Assembly: GCA_002722735.1 (NCBI GenBank)
Contig: PBMR01000019.1
Span: forward strand, 4,746 to 68,745
Source of the DNA: Methanobacteriota archaeon
Lineage (GTDB): Archaea > Thermoplasmatota > Poseidoniia > Poseidoniales > Thalassarchaeaceae
Direction of reading: 5' to 3'
DNA length: 64,000 nt
A model generated the notes under the pieces. That model was not told where the DNA came from. It saw nothing but the letters and a program-made list of their open reading frames with translations, and searched no databases. Shown one piece after another: positions 44,320-55,472 of this stretch; the first letter of the stretch is position 1; every line of letters begins with the position of its first letter. The translations under genes were made by a program, and so were the position numbers.

Positions 44320-45660
44320 TCACTTTCCCAGCCACCAGTCGATTAGGCCATCCTCGTCACTCGGTGGTGATTTGCCGTCAATGCCACAACCGAGGAGTGA
44401 GAGTCGGGAGATGGTGGCATGAACAGATGATGTATGCCCACCTGTCCTGATGATCTGCCCCAAGGAGAAGCGCAGATGGGTATTGGGATTGGAAAGTTGC
44501 CATTTCCTGATGGCACTTCGGAACGGCCATATCGAGAGCAGCAGTCTCCCATAGGAAAAGTGCTCGTCCTTCAGCTGAGAACGGGGAGCCTCCCTTCCAA
44601 TCAGCGACTTGTTCTGGGACACCCACCCATAACTATCATGTAGAAACTTGACTATTCTTTGGCAATGTCGTTTGGAAACGCATCTCACAGGCCCCATTGA
44701 TGAACGGATCTCGGAGATATCGGCAGTATGTACCAGTGAAAACGTCCCACAAACGGAGGACATTGAGTGATTCAAGATATTCTTGGGCATTTCTAGTGTA
44801 TTCCCCCCTGATGCAGAGGCGAGAACCACCTCATGCTTCTCTTGGGCGGATTTCAGAACCTTCCAAGGGGCATCCCCATCGAGCCAATCCGACCTGTTCT
44901 TGGCTGGCTCGACGCCTAAATCGGTAAGGGTGCTTTGCCCCATCGAGAGCCTCAGTAGTTGCCGAATCTGATACTGATCGACGGCCTCTGAGTCCACGTT
45001 GATCGGCGCCGGCCTTCTGTGCAGAAAGGCCCTGATGCCTTCGATGAGACTGTGTCGGAACTCCTTCTCGGTGCCCTCGTTCGAGATTGGACCAATAATT
45101 GCACCCATGTCGAATGGGGTGGGCATTTCCATGTTCCCCGAGAGCAGGGCGCGGTACCCTTCCCTGATCCTAGTTTGAAACTCCGTGGTCTCGAAGTACT
45201 CTTCCTTGTTCGAGACCCCTCTTAGCGTCTCATTCCTGATTCTTCTCAATGCCAGTTCCGGTTCACAATCTACCCAGATGCACAGATCGGGGACCAATGC
45301 AGCGGCATTCATGTGCGCGACCCTGCTAATTCCCAAATCGCCGACTATCCCCTGATAAACAAGAGATGAGTGGATATTTCTCTCGCTTACGACGGCCCTT
45401 CCCTCTAGAAGCCGGGAGAGGATCCAGCCGTGGGAGTGGTCTAGCCTGTCCGCAGCGAATAGTCCGGCCTCCTGCTCAGGAGTCATGGACCTCTTCCTCA
45501 CGGACTCGATTGCTAGGCGTCCTAGGGGGTGCTCGCGTCGCGGCTCGCTAGTAGTCTCTACTGAGGAGAATGCGAACTCTCGTTCCAGCACTTCTGAAAC
45601 GATCTTGGTTGCCATGCCCTTGCCGCTACCATCCCCGCCCTCTATCGAGAAAAGATACAT
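44320..45660 (-). CDS. tmk: thymidylate kinase fused to an uncharacterised ~230 aa C-terminal domain
   Basis: N-terminus FSIEGGDGSGKG (P-loop), DRLDH and ERNIHSSLVYQG. A typical Tmk is about 200 aa. The C-terminal half has no motif I recognise and is relatively basic, rich in W, H and R. Confidence 0.7.
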   Translation of the reverse strand: MYLFSIEGGDGSGKGMATKIVSEVLEREFAFSSVETTSEPRREHPLGRLAIESVRKRSMTPEQEAGLFAADRLDHSHGWILSRLLEGRAVVSERNIHSSLVYQGIVGDLGISRVAHMNAAALVPDLCIWVDCEPELALRRIRNETLRGVSNKEEYFETTEFQTRIREGYRALLSGNMEMPTPFDMGAIIGPISNEGTEKEFRHSLIEGIRAFLHRRPAPINVDSEAVDQYQIRQLLRLSMGQSTLTDLGVEPAKNRSDWLDGDAPWKVLKSAQEKHEVVLASASGGNTLEMPKNILNHSMSSVCGTFSLVHTADISEIRSSMGPVRCVSKRHCQRIVKFLHDSYGWVSQNKSLIGREAPRSQLKDEHFSYGRLLLSIWPFRSAIRKWQLSNPNTHLRFSLGQIIRTGGHTSSVHATISRLSLLGCGIDGKSPPSDEDGLIDWWLGK

Positions 45661-45678
45661 GCAAGACCCCTAGTCCAC

Positions 45679-46419
45679 CTATTGGGCATCTCCCGAAAAC
45701 TGTTCCTTTGAAAGGGTGACTAGCCCCATGCCCAGCAGAATCAGCAAAGGGCCGACGAAGATCATCCCCCTGCTCCAGAGTCCTACGAAGGCCAACCACC
45801 ATGACCTGCGGTAGCTGTTCCCCCTATATGCCTCAAATCCACCAATTAGCCCAGCTAGGCCGGCAAGTAAGGTCAGTACGGCTATCGCGGTGGCGAACAA
45901 CACCGACTCCCCGAGATGGCTCTCCCCCCTCATGTCGATGACCTGCTCGCCATCACCCGGAGCCAGGGTAACGACAATCTGTGCATGATCGCCGGGCACC
46001 ATGAATACACTAGTCGTGTTGTTTCCAGGATGGCTGACATAAATTATCGAGGATTCTCGAAGGACGTCGGGGATGGTGAAGCGGCCATTGGAGTCAGTCA
46101 GTGCCTCCTTTCCCGTCGTCGAGCCATCATCGTAGAGCAGCCTTACTCTGACACCTTCCACCGGGTCGCCTCCGGTTGTGTTGTCAATCAACGCCGAGTT
46201 GACGATGCCTGAGACATCAGCGTAAGTGTCAGTAGAATCTAGCCTGCCAGAGAGCAGCTCCCCGGGATTTGCAGAAATTAGCATGATTCCGAGTTGGGCC
46301 CCCAGTAAGCTGCCGAGAATGATGAGGATTGCCCCCGCGGCCCTAGTAGCCGGATCAACAGCCATATCTCCCAGCAGGTACTCGAGGTCGGCCCCCTCTT
46401 GTTCCTCGCTCAGGCCCAT
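45679..46419 (-). CDS. membrane protein with an extracellular carboxypeptidase-regulatory-like (beta-sandwich) domain
   Basis: An N-terminal TM, then VEGVRVRLLYDDGSTTGKEALTDSNGRFTIPDV, then 3 C-terminal TM segments. The ATG shares one nt with the upstream stop (TAATG). Confidence 0.55.
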   Translation of the reverse strand: MGLSEEQEGADLEYLLGDMAVDPATRAAGAILIILGSLLGAQLGIMLISANPGELLSGRLDSTDTYADVSGIVNSALIDNTTGGDPVEGVRVRLLYDDGSTTGKEALTDSNGRFTIPDVLRESSIIYVSHPGNNTTSVFMVPGDHAQIVVTLAPGDGEQVIDMRGESHLGESVLFATAIAVLTLLAGLAGLIGGFEAYRGNSYRRSWWLAFVGLWSRGMIFVGPLLILLGMGLVTLSKEQFSGDAQ

Positions 46420-47402
46420 TATGGCATCTCCAATGATTGCTCTTCCACGCTGGGGGGCGACGGCTGTTGATGTTTTAGACGCCGTACGAACAGAATGGTG
46501 AGCAGGATGAAGATACCGAGAATGAAATATTCCCCCAATGGCAGGGCCGTAGAAGTCCGCTGCCCTTCAATGCCTGTGCTCGCGTTCTGGTCGTCACTGG
46601 AACTTGATTCAAAACTTACCAAATACATCTCCGTCCAATTCTTCCCAGTGATCCAGAAGGCATCGGCCGTCTGATCGTATGCTATTCCATTGAGGACCTC
46701 GTTCTTCGTCTCTCCCTGATTGGCAGCAAGGGATGATGCTGAGACGTAGAACTCCACTACACCAGAAGTGGCGTTGATAGCAATGATTCGATCTTGCCCC
46801 CAGACGTTCGCGTATACTGTGCTACCGACGCACTCCAACTCGTTGAGGCGGCTTACCTCATCGTCGTTCGAGATCACAGTTACCGACCGAATCACCTCAA
46901 AGGTATGGGGATCGCGGAATGCCAGTTCTGAGGAGCCGTTTGACATCACCAAGTATTGGCCATCGAAACAAATGCCCCATCCCTCGCCCTCGTAACTGTG
47001 GTTGGATATAGGGGACAGGGTTCCAAGATCGAACACAAAGGCTCTACCACCCTTCCATGTTAGCATTATGACGGAGCTTTCGAAAATAGTGATCCCCTCA
47101 CCGAAGTAGGCACCGTCCACTGTCACCTCGCGAAGTACTTCACCGGTACTCGAATCTAGTTCTCTCAATCCCGAATGGCCATAGAGCCCGGTGCTTTCGA
47201 GTATCAGGTCGCCCTGAACCTCCAATCCCTGGGTGAATGCGGTTGGGTCGTGGGGTATGGTCGCTATCAGAACTAACTCACGCTCCACCACTAACTCGTT
47301 GGAGTCAATGGCGTCGACGGGCATAACCAACGACATGACCAGCAGGAAGGCCGCGAGTAGTATGGACCTGCCTCGCCCGCGCATGTACGAACGGTGCTCC
47401 AT
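46419..47402 (-). CDS. glutaminyl-peptide cyclotransferase (plant/bacterial beta-propeller type), secreted and C-terminally TM-anchored
   Basis: FTQGLEV...STGLYGHSGLRELD, YFGEGITI, GEGWGICFDG, LNELECV and YANVWGQDRI. Signal-like MEHRSYMRGRGRSILLAAFLLVMSLVMP. The track start at 47675 is rejected because it overlaps the divergent gene. Confidence 0.75.
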   Translation of the reverse strand: MEHRSYMRGRGRSILLAAFLLVMSLVMPVDAIDSNELVVERELVLIATIPHDPTAFTQGLEVQGDLILESTGLYGHSGLRELDSSTGEVLREVTVDGAYFGEGITIFESSVIMLTWKGGRAFVFDLGTLSPISNHSYEGEGWGICFDGQYLVMSNGSSELAFRDPHTFEVIRSVTVISNDDEVSRLNELECVGSTVYANVWGQDRIIAINATSGVVEFYVSASSLAANQGETKNEVLNGIAYDQTADAFWITGKNWTEMYLVSFESSSSDDQNASTGIEGQRTSTALPLGEYFILGIFILLTILFVRRLKHQQPSPPSVEEQSLEMP

Positions 47403-47460
47403 CGATGTTAAAATACGTCCTCGGACCGATTGCCGAAGGTACTCGGACGGAGTGTTGTTC

Positions 47461-50400
47461 ATGCGGGATAGCGCAGAAACGGCCCCAGTGCCACTGTCCT
47501 TGTTACTCATTACCACCATGATCGTGGCCAGTTTCGGCCCATTGGTTGCTTCAGAGCCATTCGAAAGCAATTCTGAGACATCTGGCATGGCGGACGGGCT
47601 TTCGGGATTCGATCCCACTATTGAGGGCAGGCAGTACATGTTCAGCGATAGTGAGATTCCAAGCTTCTCGGCCACGGTATTCCTGAAGAAACAATGGATT
47701 GAGGACGGATATCCCGGGGTAATCCTCCCTTTCAGCCCAAGTAATCAGTACTCAAGGCACTCTGCTAGGAGCTGCGAGGGAGCTTGGTCTATGGATGACG
47801 CCGACAATATCACAACCCCGGATGGCATAATCTCTGTCACGGCCAAGAAAATCTCTGCCAATGCGGCAATTCTCGTCGAGGACGGGCTGGTGATTTCATC
47901 CACCACGCTGAATGACATTGCCGCTACATGGGAGTCGATCATCTACCCGACTGACACGAATTACTTCGGGGATACTCCGGACGTCGACAACAACTGCCAG
48001 ATCGAGATCGTCATCCACGCTGTGGACGGGCCCGGTGGAATTGGGGGTTATTTCCAACCCGGCATTTCCGCATTGCGAGAATCGGTGTTCATCGATGTTG
48101 ATGACATGGATGGACGGAACTCGATTCTAGCCCACGAACTCGAGCACCTGATACACAATGCATGGGACCCGTTCGAGTACATCTGGATTGACGAGGGCGC
48201 TGCCGACTTGGCGTCCTACTTGTGCTTTGGAATGGACGGCACGCTGTCCGAGCACGCTAACACCTGGGCCATGAACACCAGCGTCAGCCTGAGGTGGTGG
48301 AACCAGAGGACGGCTGACTACGGGGCTGGCTTCCTATTCATGTTGTACCTCGCTGACAAGCTCGGCGGGGCTCCTTCCATTCGCAGTCTGATTGCCGACA
48401 CCTCCATTGGGGGAAATGGGATTGAGGACTTGGCTAGAAATCCTGGACCCGGGTCGACCCCGATTGGTAGAACGATGAGTGAGATTTTCGCAAACTTCAG
48501 TGCCGCAGTCACGTTAGATAGCCCTCAAGGGGCATTTGGATTTTCGAACCTCGAAATGAGTGATGAGTGCTCTTCGAGTAACATGTGCAAAGCCCTTCCA
48601 AGCGAGTCCAACGAACAGTGGTCGGACACATGGCACAAACAATGGGAATCTTTGGAATCATGGGGTATGAAATCCTACAGATTCTCCCAAGGCACTGGGG
48701 ACCCGCTAAACCTGATTGTGGAACCTGTTCGTTCTGGGTTTGAGGGGGCAATACTGGTGAGGGAGGCAATCACGGGAACTTGGACCATGAGCAAACTAAG
48801 GATTGACACATCCACCGGAGTGGGTACCGGTCTAGTCCATGGTTTTGGCAACACCACATCTGAAGTCTGGCTGTTCGTTTGGCTCAATAGCCTAATCGAC
48901 GACTGCGACTACGATTTCGCCAACTGTGGCGTTCTTCCCTCCAGCGGTTACCCCACTAGCGGATTCTCAATCAGCGCCGATCTAATCACGGAGCCTGCAG
49001 AAATCACAATCGATTCCTTGCAGACTTTTGACAGGGATGGCGATTCTCTTCAAGACAGCATCGAAATCGGAATAGAAGTGACCTCCAACGCCTATTACGA
49101 GACCTTGGGGGTGACCTTCGAGGCTTACACCGAAAACGTGCTCACAGATTCGTTGAACTTCAACTTGGCCGCAGGTAACAGCGAGCCTGTTTCAAGGGCG
49201 ATTTGGTTCACGCCTTCGCACACGGGGGAGTGGTCCTTCTCAGTGAGGATAAGGGACATCACAGGAGAACTGCAGGACGAGGCTTTCTCGCTGCCTATGC
49301 AAATTTCCAACATGAAGCCCGTTGGCTCCGGTTCCATCTCGACCCCAGCCACCCAGACATGGTTGCCGACCCATATGTTCGGAGGAGGCTACGATGCATG
49401 GGGATTCGGGCTTCAAAATGGTTCCTTCAGCCATAATGGGACTCCGTCGGCATATTTCTGGGATCTCGGTGACGGAAACAGCTCCAACCTCAAGAACCCG
49501 GTTCACACTTACCTGAGGGAAGGCGAGCATCAAGTAATTCTGGTCGTTATGGACCAAGGCGGGTACTACTCCGAATCGCAGACCTGGAACATCTCAGTGA
49601 ATGACTCGTCAGCCCCGGTCCCAGAGATATCCGTAGAGGGGGTGCCAATTGCTGGTGAAATTACCTTTCATACCAATCAAAGGATCCAGTTCTCTGCCAG
49701 GAGTACCTCAGACAATGTCCCAGTTGAGCATCTGACTTTCAACTGGGACTGGGGGGATGGGGGGTCAGATTCTGGCGTTGGCCTCTACGAAGTAGGGCAT
49801 TCTTGGATTGACGGTAATGCAAATGGTACCGTCTACTCCATGGGACTGAGTGTGAGCGATGGAACCCATTCTTCCGAGCTCACGATTCTGATTCAGATAC
49901 TCAATCGAGTCCCTCGGCTAGTCCATGAGGGGGTGATGAGTACTTACACGCTGACGCCTCTGACCATGCCTGATATCTTCGTCGATGACGACGGCATGAT
50001 TATGGAACACAGATGGAGCTTCGAGGACGGGGTTAATCTGGATGGTACTGGGATGTCACTGACATCTGATTTCTCTGAAACTGCTTCATTGCTATCCAAT
50101 CCGATAGTCGGTTGGCTTGAGCCGGGCATGAAGAACGTGACTCTGGAGGTAAAGGACGACGATGGGAACACGTCGTTCGCCCATCTGCAAGTAGAAGTCC
50201 TAAACCAGCGTCCTGTCGCAATCTTCAATCGGCCTATTGATGGGGATGTGAGAACTGCGTACGTCTTTGAGAGCGAGTCCTTCGATCCGGATGGTGACTC
50301 CTCTTCCCTCACGCATGTTTGGAGCATCTCCGATATGATAGAGACAATTGAGAACGTCTCTTCCATCAGTAGATCATTCCTCAGCCCTGGGCTGTACAGT

Positions 50401-51588
50401 GTTAGTCTGGTAGTGGTTGACGAACGTGGTCTGGAATCCGCACCTAAGACATACCTCTTTGAAATAGAAAACCCACTTCCAGTGCCAATTCTCTCTTTCG
50501 CTTGTCCCAGTCTCAACGGAACCTCCCTGGATGGCATCCCGGAGGACGAGTCTGGGATAGTGTGGCAGATTCCACATACCGAAGGAGGCGGGGCCTTCGT
50601 CGCGCCGGGGAACCCAATTAGGTTCGATGGAAGGGGTAGTCATGATGCGGATCCGCGATTCGCAGGCAAGACATCGACCGACTCATTGGATCCGGATTGG
50701 AATGGTATTGCCTCATGGATTTGGGACTTCGGCGATGCAAGTCCTGCAATATCTGGACCTATTGTTTGGCATAAGTACGAAAGTCCCGGGACATATATCG
50801 TTAGGCTGACTGTCATTGACGGATTTGCCGGGGGAGAGTCCAACACTACGGAAATGCTAGTGCATGTATCCCAACCCCCGGTGATTTTGACTTCGAACCC
50901 CATTTCCTCAGAATATGTCATAGTTGGGGATGCAGTGGATCTATTAGGAAACGCAATTGACCCCGATCTAAATGATGGAATCAGGGCCTCGTTGGACGTT
51001 GATGCGAACTTTGACAGCGACGGAGACGGAGTCGAGAACAACGACAGGGACGTAAATCTAACTGATTCTTTGGATATTCGATGGGATTTGGATGTGTTCA
51101 CCGATGACGACTGCTACCGACTCAAAGGCTGTGATGGCAATACTAGGAACGACTGGATGGTATCGAATCAGACTTGGAGGAAACCCGGGGAGATCAGGAT
51201 TTCGATGACTGTTTGCGATGGAGTCGGAGTTTGCTCGTCCAAGGACTTCGTCGTGACCGTCCTCTCCATCCAGGAGACTGCCCCACCAAAAACCCTCTCG
51301 GATCTAACTTGGACTGATTTTGTCCCGGACAGGGGGAGCGCTGGACTTCTCTTACTGGTATCCTTGGTGGCCATTCTGGGCTGGATGGTGATGCGGCATA
51401 AGGACGAGGAGGAACTCGATGCCAAGGACATGGTCAATAGGTATGGGGTGGAAGAGGCGAGGTCCGAGGGAGGGCTTCCCGGGATGGATCAGCATGCCCC
51501 GCCGCCACAACCAAGATATCTGACCTCCGAGGAACGGACTGACAAGGAGTCGGGCTACGTCCGTCCAATCAGAACGAGGCGAAAGTAG
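47461..51588 (+). CDS. giant (~1375 aa) surface zinc metallopeptidase (HExxH gluzincin, M30-like) with a tandem PKD-like domain array and a C-terminal TM anchor
   Basis: Signal MRDSAETAPVPLSLLLITTMIVASFGPLVAS. ILAHELEHLIHN followed by WIDEGAADLA. At least five PKD-like units. TM is AGLLLLVSLVAILGWMVM, followed by a charged tail. Confidence 0.75.
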   Translation: MRDSAETAPVPLSLLLITTMIVASFGPLVASEPFESNSETSGMADGLSGFDPTIEGRQYMFSDSEIPSFSATVFLKKQWIEDGYPGVILPFSPSNQYSRHSARSCEGAWSMDDADNITTPDGIISVTAKKISANAAILVEDGLVISSTTLNDIAATWESIIYPTDTNYFGDTPDVDNNCQIEIVIHAVDGPGGIGGYFQPGISALRESVFIDVDDMDGRNSILAHELEHLIHNAWDPFEYIWIDEGAADLASYLCFGMDGTLSEHANTWAMNTSVSLRWWNQRTADYGAGFLFMLYLADKLGGAPSIRSLIADTSIGGNGIEDLARNPGPGSTPIGRTMSEIFANFSAAVTLDSPQGAFGFSNLEMSDECSSSNMCKALPSESNEQWSDTWHKQWESLESWGMKSYRFSQGTGDPLNLIVEPVRSGFEGAILVREAITGTWTMSKLRIDTSTGVGTGLVHGFGNTTSEVWLFVWLNSLIDDCDYDFANCGVLPSSGYPTSGFSISADLITEPAEITIDSLQTFDRDGDSLQDSIEIGIEVTSNAYYETLGVTFEAYTENVLTDSLNFNLAAGNSEPVSRAIWFTPSHTGEWSFSVRIRDITGELQDEAFSLPMQISNMKPVGSGSISTPATQTWLPTHMFGGGYDAWGFGLQNGSFSHNGTPSAYFWDLGDGNSSNLKNPVHTYLREGEHQVILVVMDQGGYYSESQTWNISVNDSSAPVPEISVEGVPIAGEITFHTNQRIQFSARSTSDNVPVEHLTFNWDWGDGGSDSGVGLYEVGHSWIDGNANGTVYSMGLSVSDGTHSSELTILIQILNRVPRLVHEGVMSTYTLTPLTMPDIFVDDDGMIMEHRWSFEDGVNLDGTGMSLTSDFSETASLLSNPIVGWLEPGMKNVTLEVKDDDGNTSFAHLQVEVLNQRPVAIFNRPIDGDVRTAYVFESESFDPDGDSSSLTHVWSISDMIETIENVSSISRSFLSPGLYSVSLVVVDERGLESAPKTYLFEIENPLPVPILSFACPSLNGTSLDGIPEDESGIVWQIPHTEGGGAFVAPGNPIRFDGRGSHDADPRFAGKTSTDSLDPDWNGIASWIWDFGDASPAISGPIVWHKYESPGTYIVRLTVIDGFAGGESNTTEMLVHVSQPPVILTSNPISSEYVIVGDAVDLLGNAIDPDLNDGIRASLDVDANFDSDGDGVENNDRDVNLTDSLDIRWDLDVFTDDDCYRLKGCDGNTRNDWMVSNQTWRKPGEIRISMTVCDGVGVCSSKDFVVTVLSIQETAPPKTLSDLTWTDFVPDRGSAGLLLLVSLVAILGWMVMRHKDEEELDAKDMVNRYGVEEARSEGGLPGMDQHAPPPQPRYLTSEERTDKESGYVRPIRTRRK
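49330..50880 (+). other. tandem PKD-like domain array (protein-level repeats) inside the 47461..51588 CDS
   Basis: Recurrent W-x-(F/W/L)-G-D-G ... H-x-Y units: YFWDLGDGNSS..HTY (49453), FNWDWGDGGS (49738), HRWSFEDGVN (50008), HVWSISD (50314) and WIWDFGDASP..HKY (50716). Confidence 0.6.
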
Positions 51589-52511
51589 TGGGGGGCGCTG
51601 GAAGGCACGAAATCAGGGTCGCGGGATTGCCCCTGACTCTCGTTGCCGTGATGTTCGTATGCACCCTGTCATCAGTTCCGGTAACCTCCGCGACGAGCTC
51701 TTGCGATGTGCCACCGAGCAGCGACTGGTCACAGAGTATGCCCGAGGACTACATCGAGGTCTCCACCGTGGACGACGGTGGTGGTTTTGAGGGAATTTTC
51801 GGTTATGGGTCACCGGGCAATTCTCTCAAGCCATTAGAGAGGGGGCTCAGCACCGAGTGGTCTGACGGGACGTGGTCGGGATTCCAAGGGGTTGCGGTGA
51901 TGAATGACAGCGCCACAACCTTGAGCATGGTGCTGATTCCGGGTTATCGTTACACCTTCTGCATAGATTTCAGCCACAGCGGTGGCTCGGCTGCATCAGA
52001 GGCCCGAGGAGACATATACCTGATGACTGATCAAAACTACGGCATGTACACAGTCGAGTATGGGTCCAGGGGCTTTGGCGATTTCGAGATAGACATGGTG
52101 CCGGTCGAATGGAGGGACATGTCGACGTGGTTGCCTTTCAGGGACTCGCATGCCTATGAGTCCGTCAGTTACGGGGAGTTCTCCGTGGCCATTGACTCCA
52201 CTGGGTCCGCATGGTCCTCTCTCGGATTGCAGGATGGGGCCCCAAATCAGGTGTACCATTTGGTTCTTGACGGATGGGACAACAGCAGAGTCGGAGATTC
52301 AGGTGCTACTGGGGGAGCCATGAACGTCGAGATTCTGATTGATGTGGAAGAGCGTCAGACCCTTCCGAACTACACCGCATACATGCTGATTGGGGCGTTG
52401 CCCCTCTCCTGCATAATCATCCCCCTGATTCTCCACAGCAGATACCATTCCGCAGCCCTAACTAGTGAAGAAGAAGAGATGCGGGAAGTGCCGTTCCTCA
52501 GGGATGGGTGA
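51588..52511 (+). CDS. hypothetical secreted protein with a C-terminal TM anchor
   Basis: N-terminal hydrophobic signal LPLTLVAVMFVCTLSSVPVTSA and C-terminal TM LIGALPLSCIIIPLIL. The GTG start overlaps the upstream stop (TAGTG). Confidence 0.5.
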   Translation: MGGAGRHEIRVAGLPLTLVAVMFVCTLSSVPVTSATSSCDVPPSSDWSQSMPEDYIEVSTVDDGGGFEGIFGYGSPGNSLKPLERGLSTEWSDGTWSGFQGVAVMNDSATTLSMVLIPGYRYTFCIDFSHSGGSAASEARGDIYLMTDQNYGMYTVEYGSRGFGDFEIDMVPVEWRDMSTWLPFRDSHAYESVSYGEFSVAIDSTGSAWSSLGLQDGAPNQVYHLVLDGWDNSRVGDSGATGGAMNVEILIDVEERQTLPNYTAYMLIGALPLSCIIIPLILHSRYHSAALTSEEEEMREVPFLRDG

Positions 52512-52512
52512 T

Positions 52513-53313
52513 CTAAGCGTACTCCAGCAGGGACCACGCTGTCTGAAGGTCTGAAGCATTTATCCTGCCCTGTTGAGCGAGATGCCACCCCGATTCAGTG
52601 GTGGTGTAAACCATGAACTGATCGAGCAAAGGGGCGTGGATGCGCGCCCAGTCCCCCCCTGGGCCCAATCCCATCAGAGCAGTATTTATTCCCGAATCCC
52701 TCAGTTCCCACGCTGCCTCGAAGATCCTCAGGCTCTCCGCCCTGTTCCTAGTCGGATAGCATGCCTTGATGATATCCCCGAGATCGTGGTTGTCCTCTAT
52801 ATCCTGGGCAATAGCAGATGAGGAGGGGGTTCTCTCGATGGAATGCATCGAGGCAATGATCCCGGTACTGTCTCCGGTCAGTCCCACTAACTCATCTCTA
52901 ATCGGCTTGGCAATGTCGGATTCGAGGTCAATCCATCGGGGCCCGCATGCGATAGCGGCCCTGAGTACCTCGATTCGTTGATCCTCGTTTCCCGGATAGT
53001 ACCCGCCTTGCCTCTCAGGCCTGCATGCAATTACCATTGGGAGATTAGTAGCTTCCACAATGGTGGACAAGGCAGGTCCCAAATCAACTGCATCAAGATC
53101 GAGTTGCCTGACCTCCACCTCAATTCCAGCACCATCGCCATTCCCCCTCGTGTCAGAGCGGGGATTGGCTTGCACCGGGTGCTCGATCGTCCATAGATGA
53201 TCGAGTCGAGCTTCGATGGCATCGGCGCCAGCGGCTTTGGCAACGGCAGCATCACTAGCCATCTCGTCAGCCGTTCGACCCCTCAGAGTTACACAGACGA
53301 GGGGTCGATTCAT
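52513..53313 (-). CDS. aroD: 3-dehydroquinate dehydratase, type I
   Basis: LVCVTLRGRT...GADAIEARLDHL and IIASMHSIERTPS match the type I DHQase layout. Confidence 0.75.
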   Translation of the reverse strand: MNRPLVCVTLRGRTADEMASDAAVAKAAGADAIEARLDHLWTIEHPVQANPRSDTRGNGDGAGIEVEVRQLDLDAVDLGPALSTIVEATNLPMVIACRPERQGGYYPGNEDQRIEVLRAAIACGPRWIDLESDIAKPIRDELVGLTGDSTGIIASMHSIERTPSSSAIAQDIEDNHDLGDIIKACYPTRNRAESLRIFEAAWELRDSGINTALMGLGPGGDWARIHAPLLDQFMVYTTTESGWHLAQQGRINASDLQTAWSLLEYA

Positions 53314-53399
53314 CCGGGGAAGCCACCGGAGTTACCTGTTTAACCGTGTCGTGAGGAGGGAAAGCCATATCGGAGTGGAAAGAGGTCCTTCTACTGTAA

Positions 53400-55466
<2,067 letters not shown>

Positions 55467-55472
55467 GGTGGT

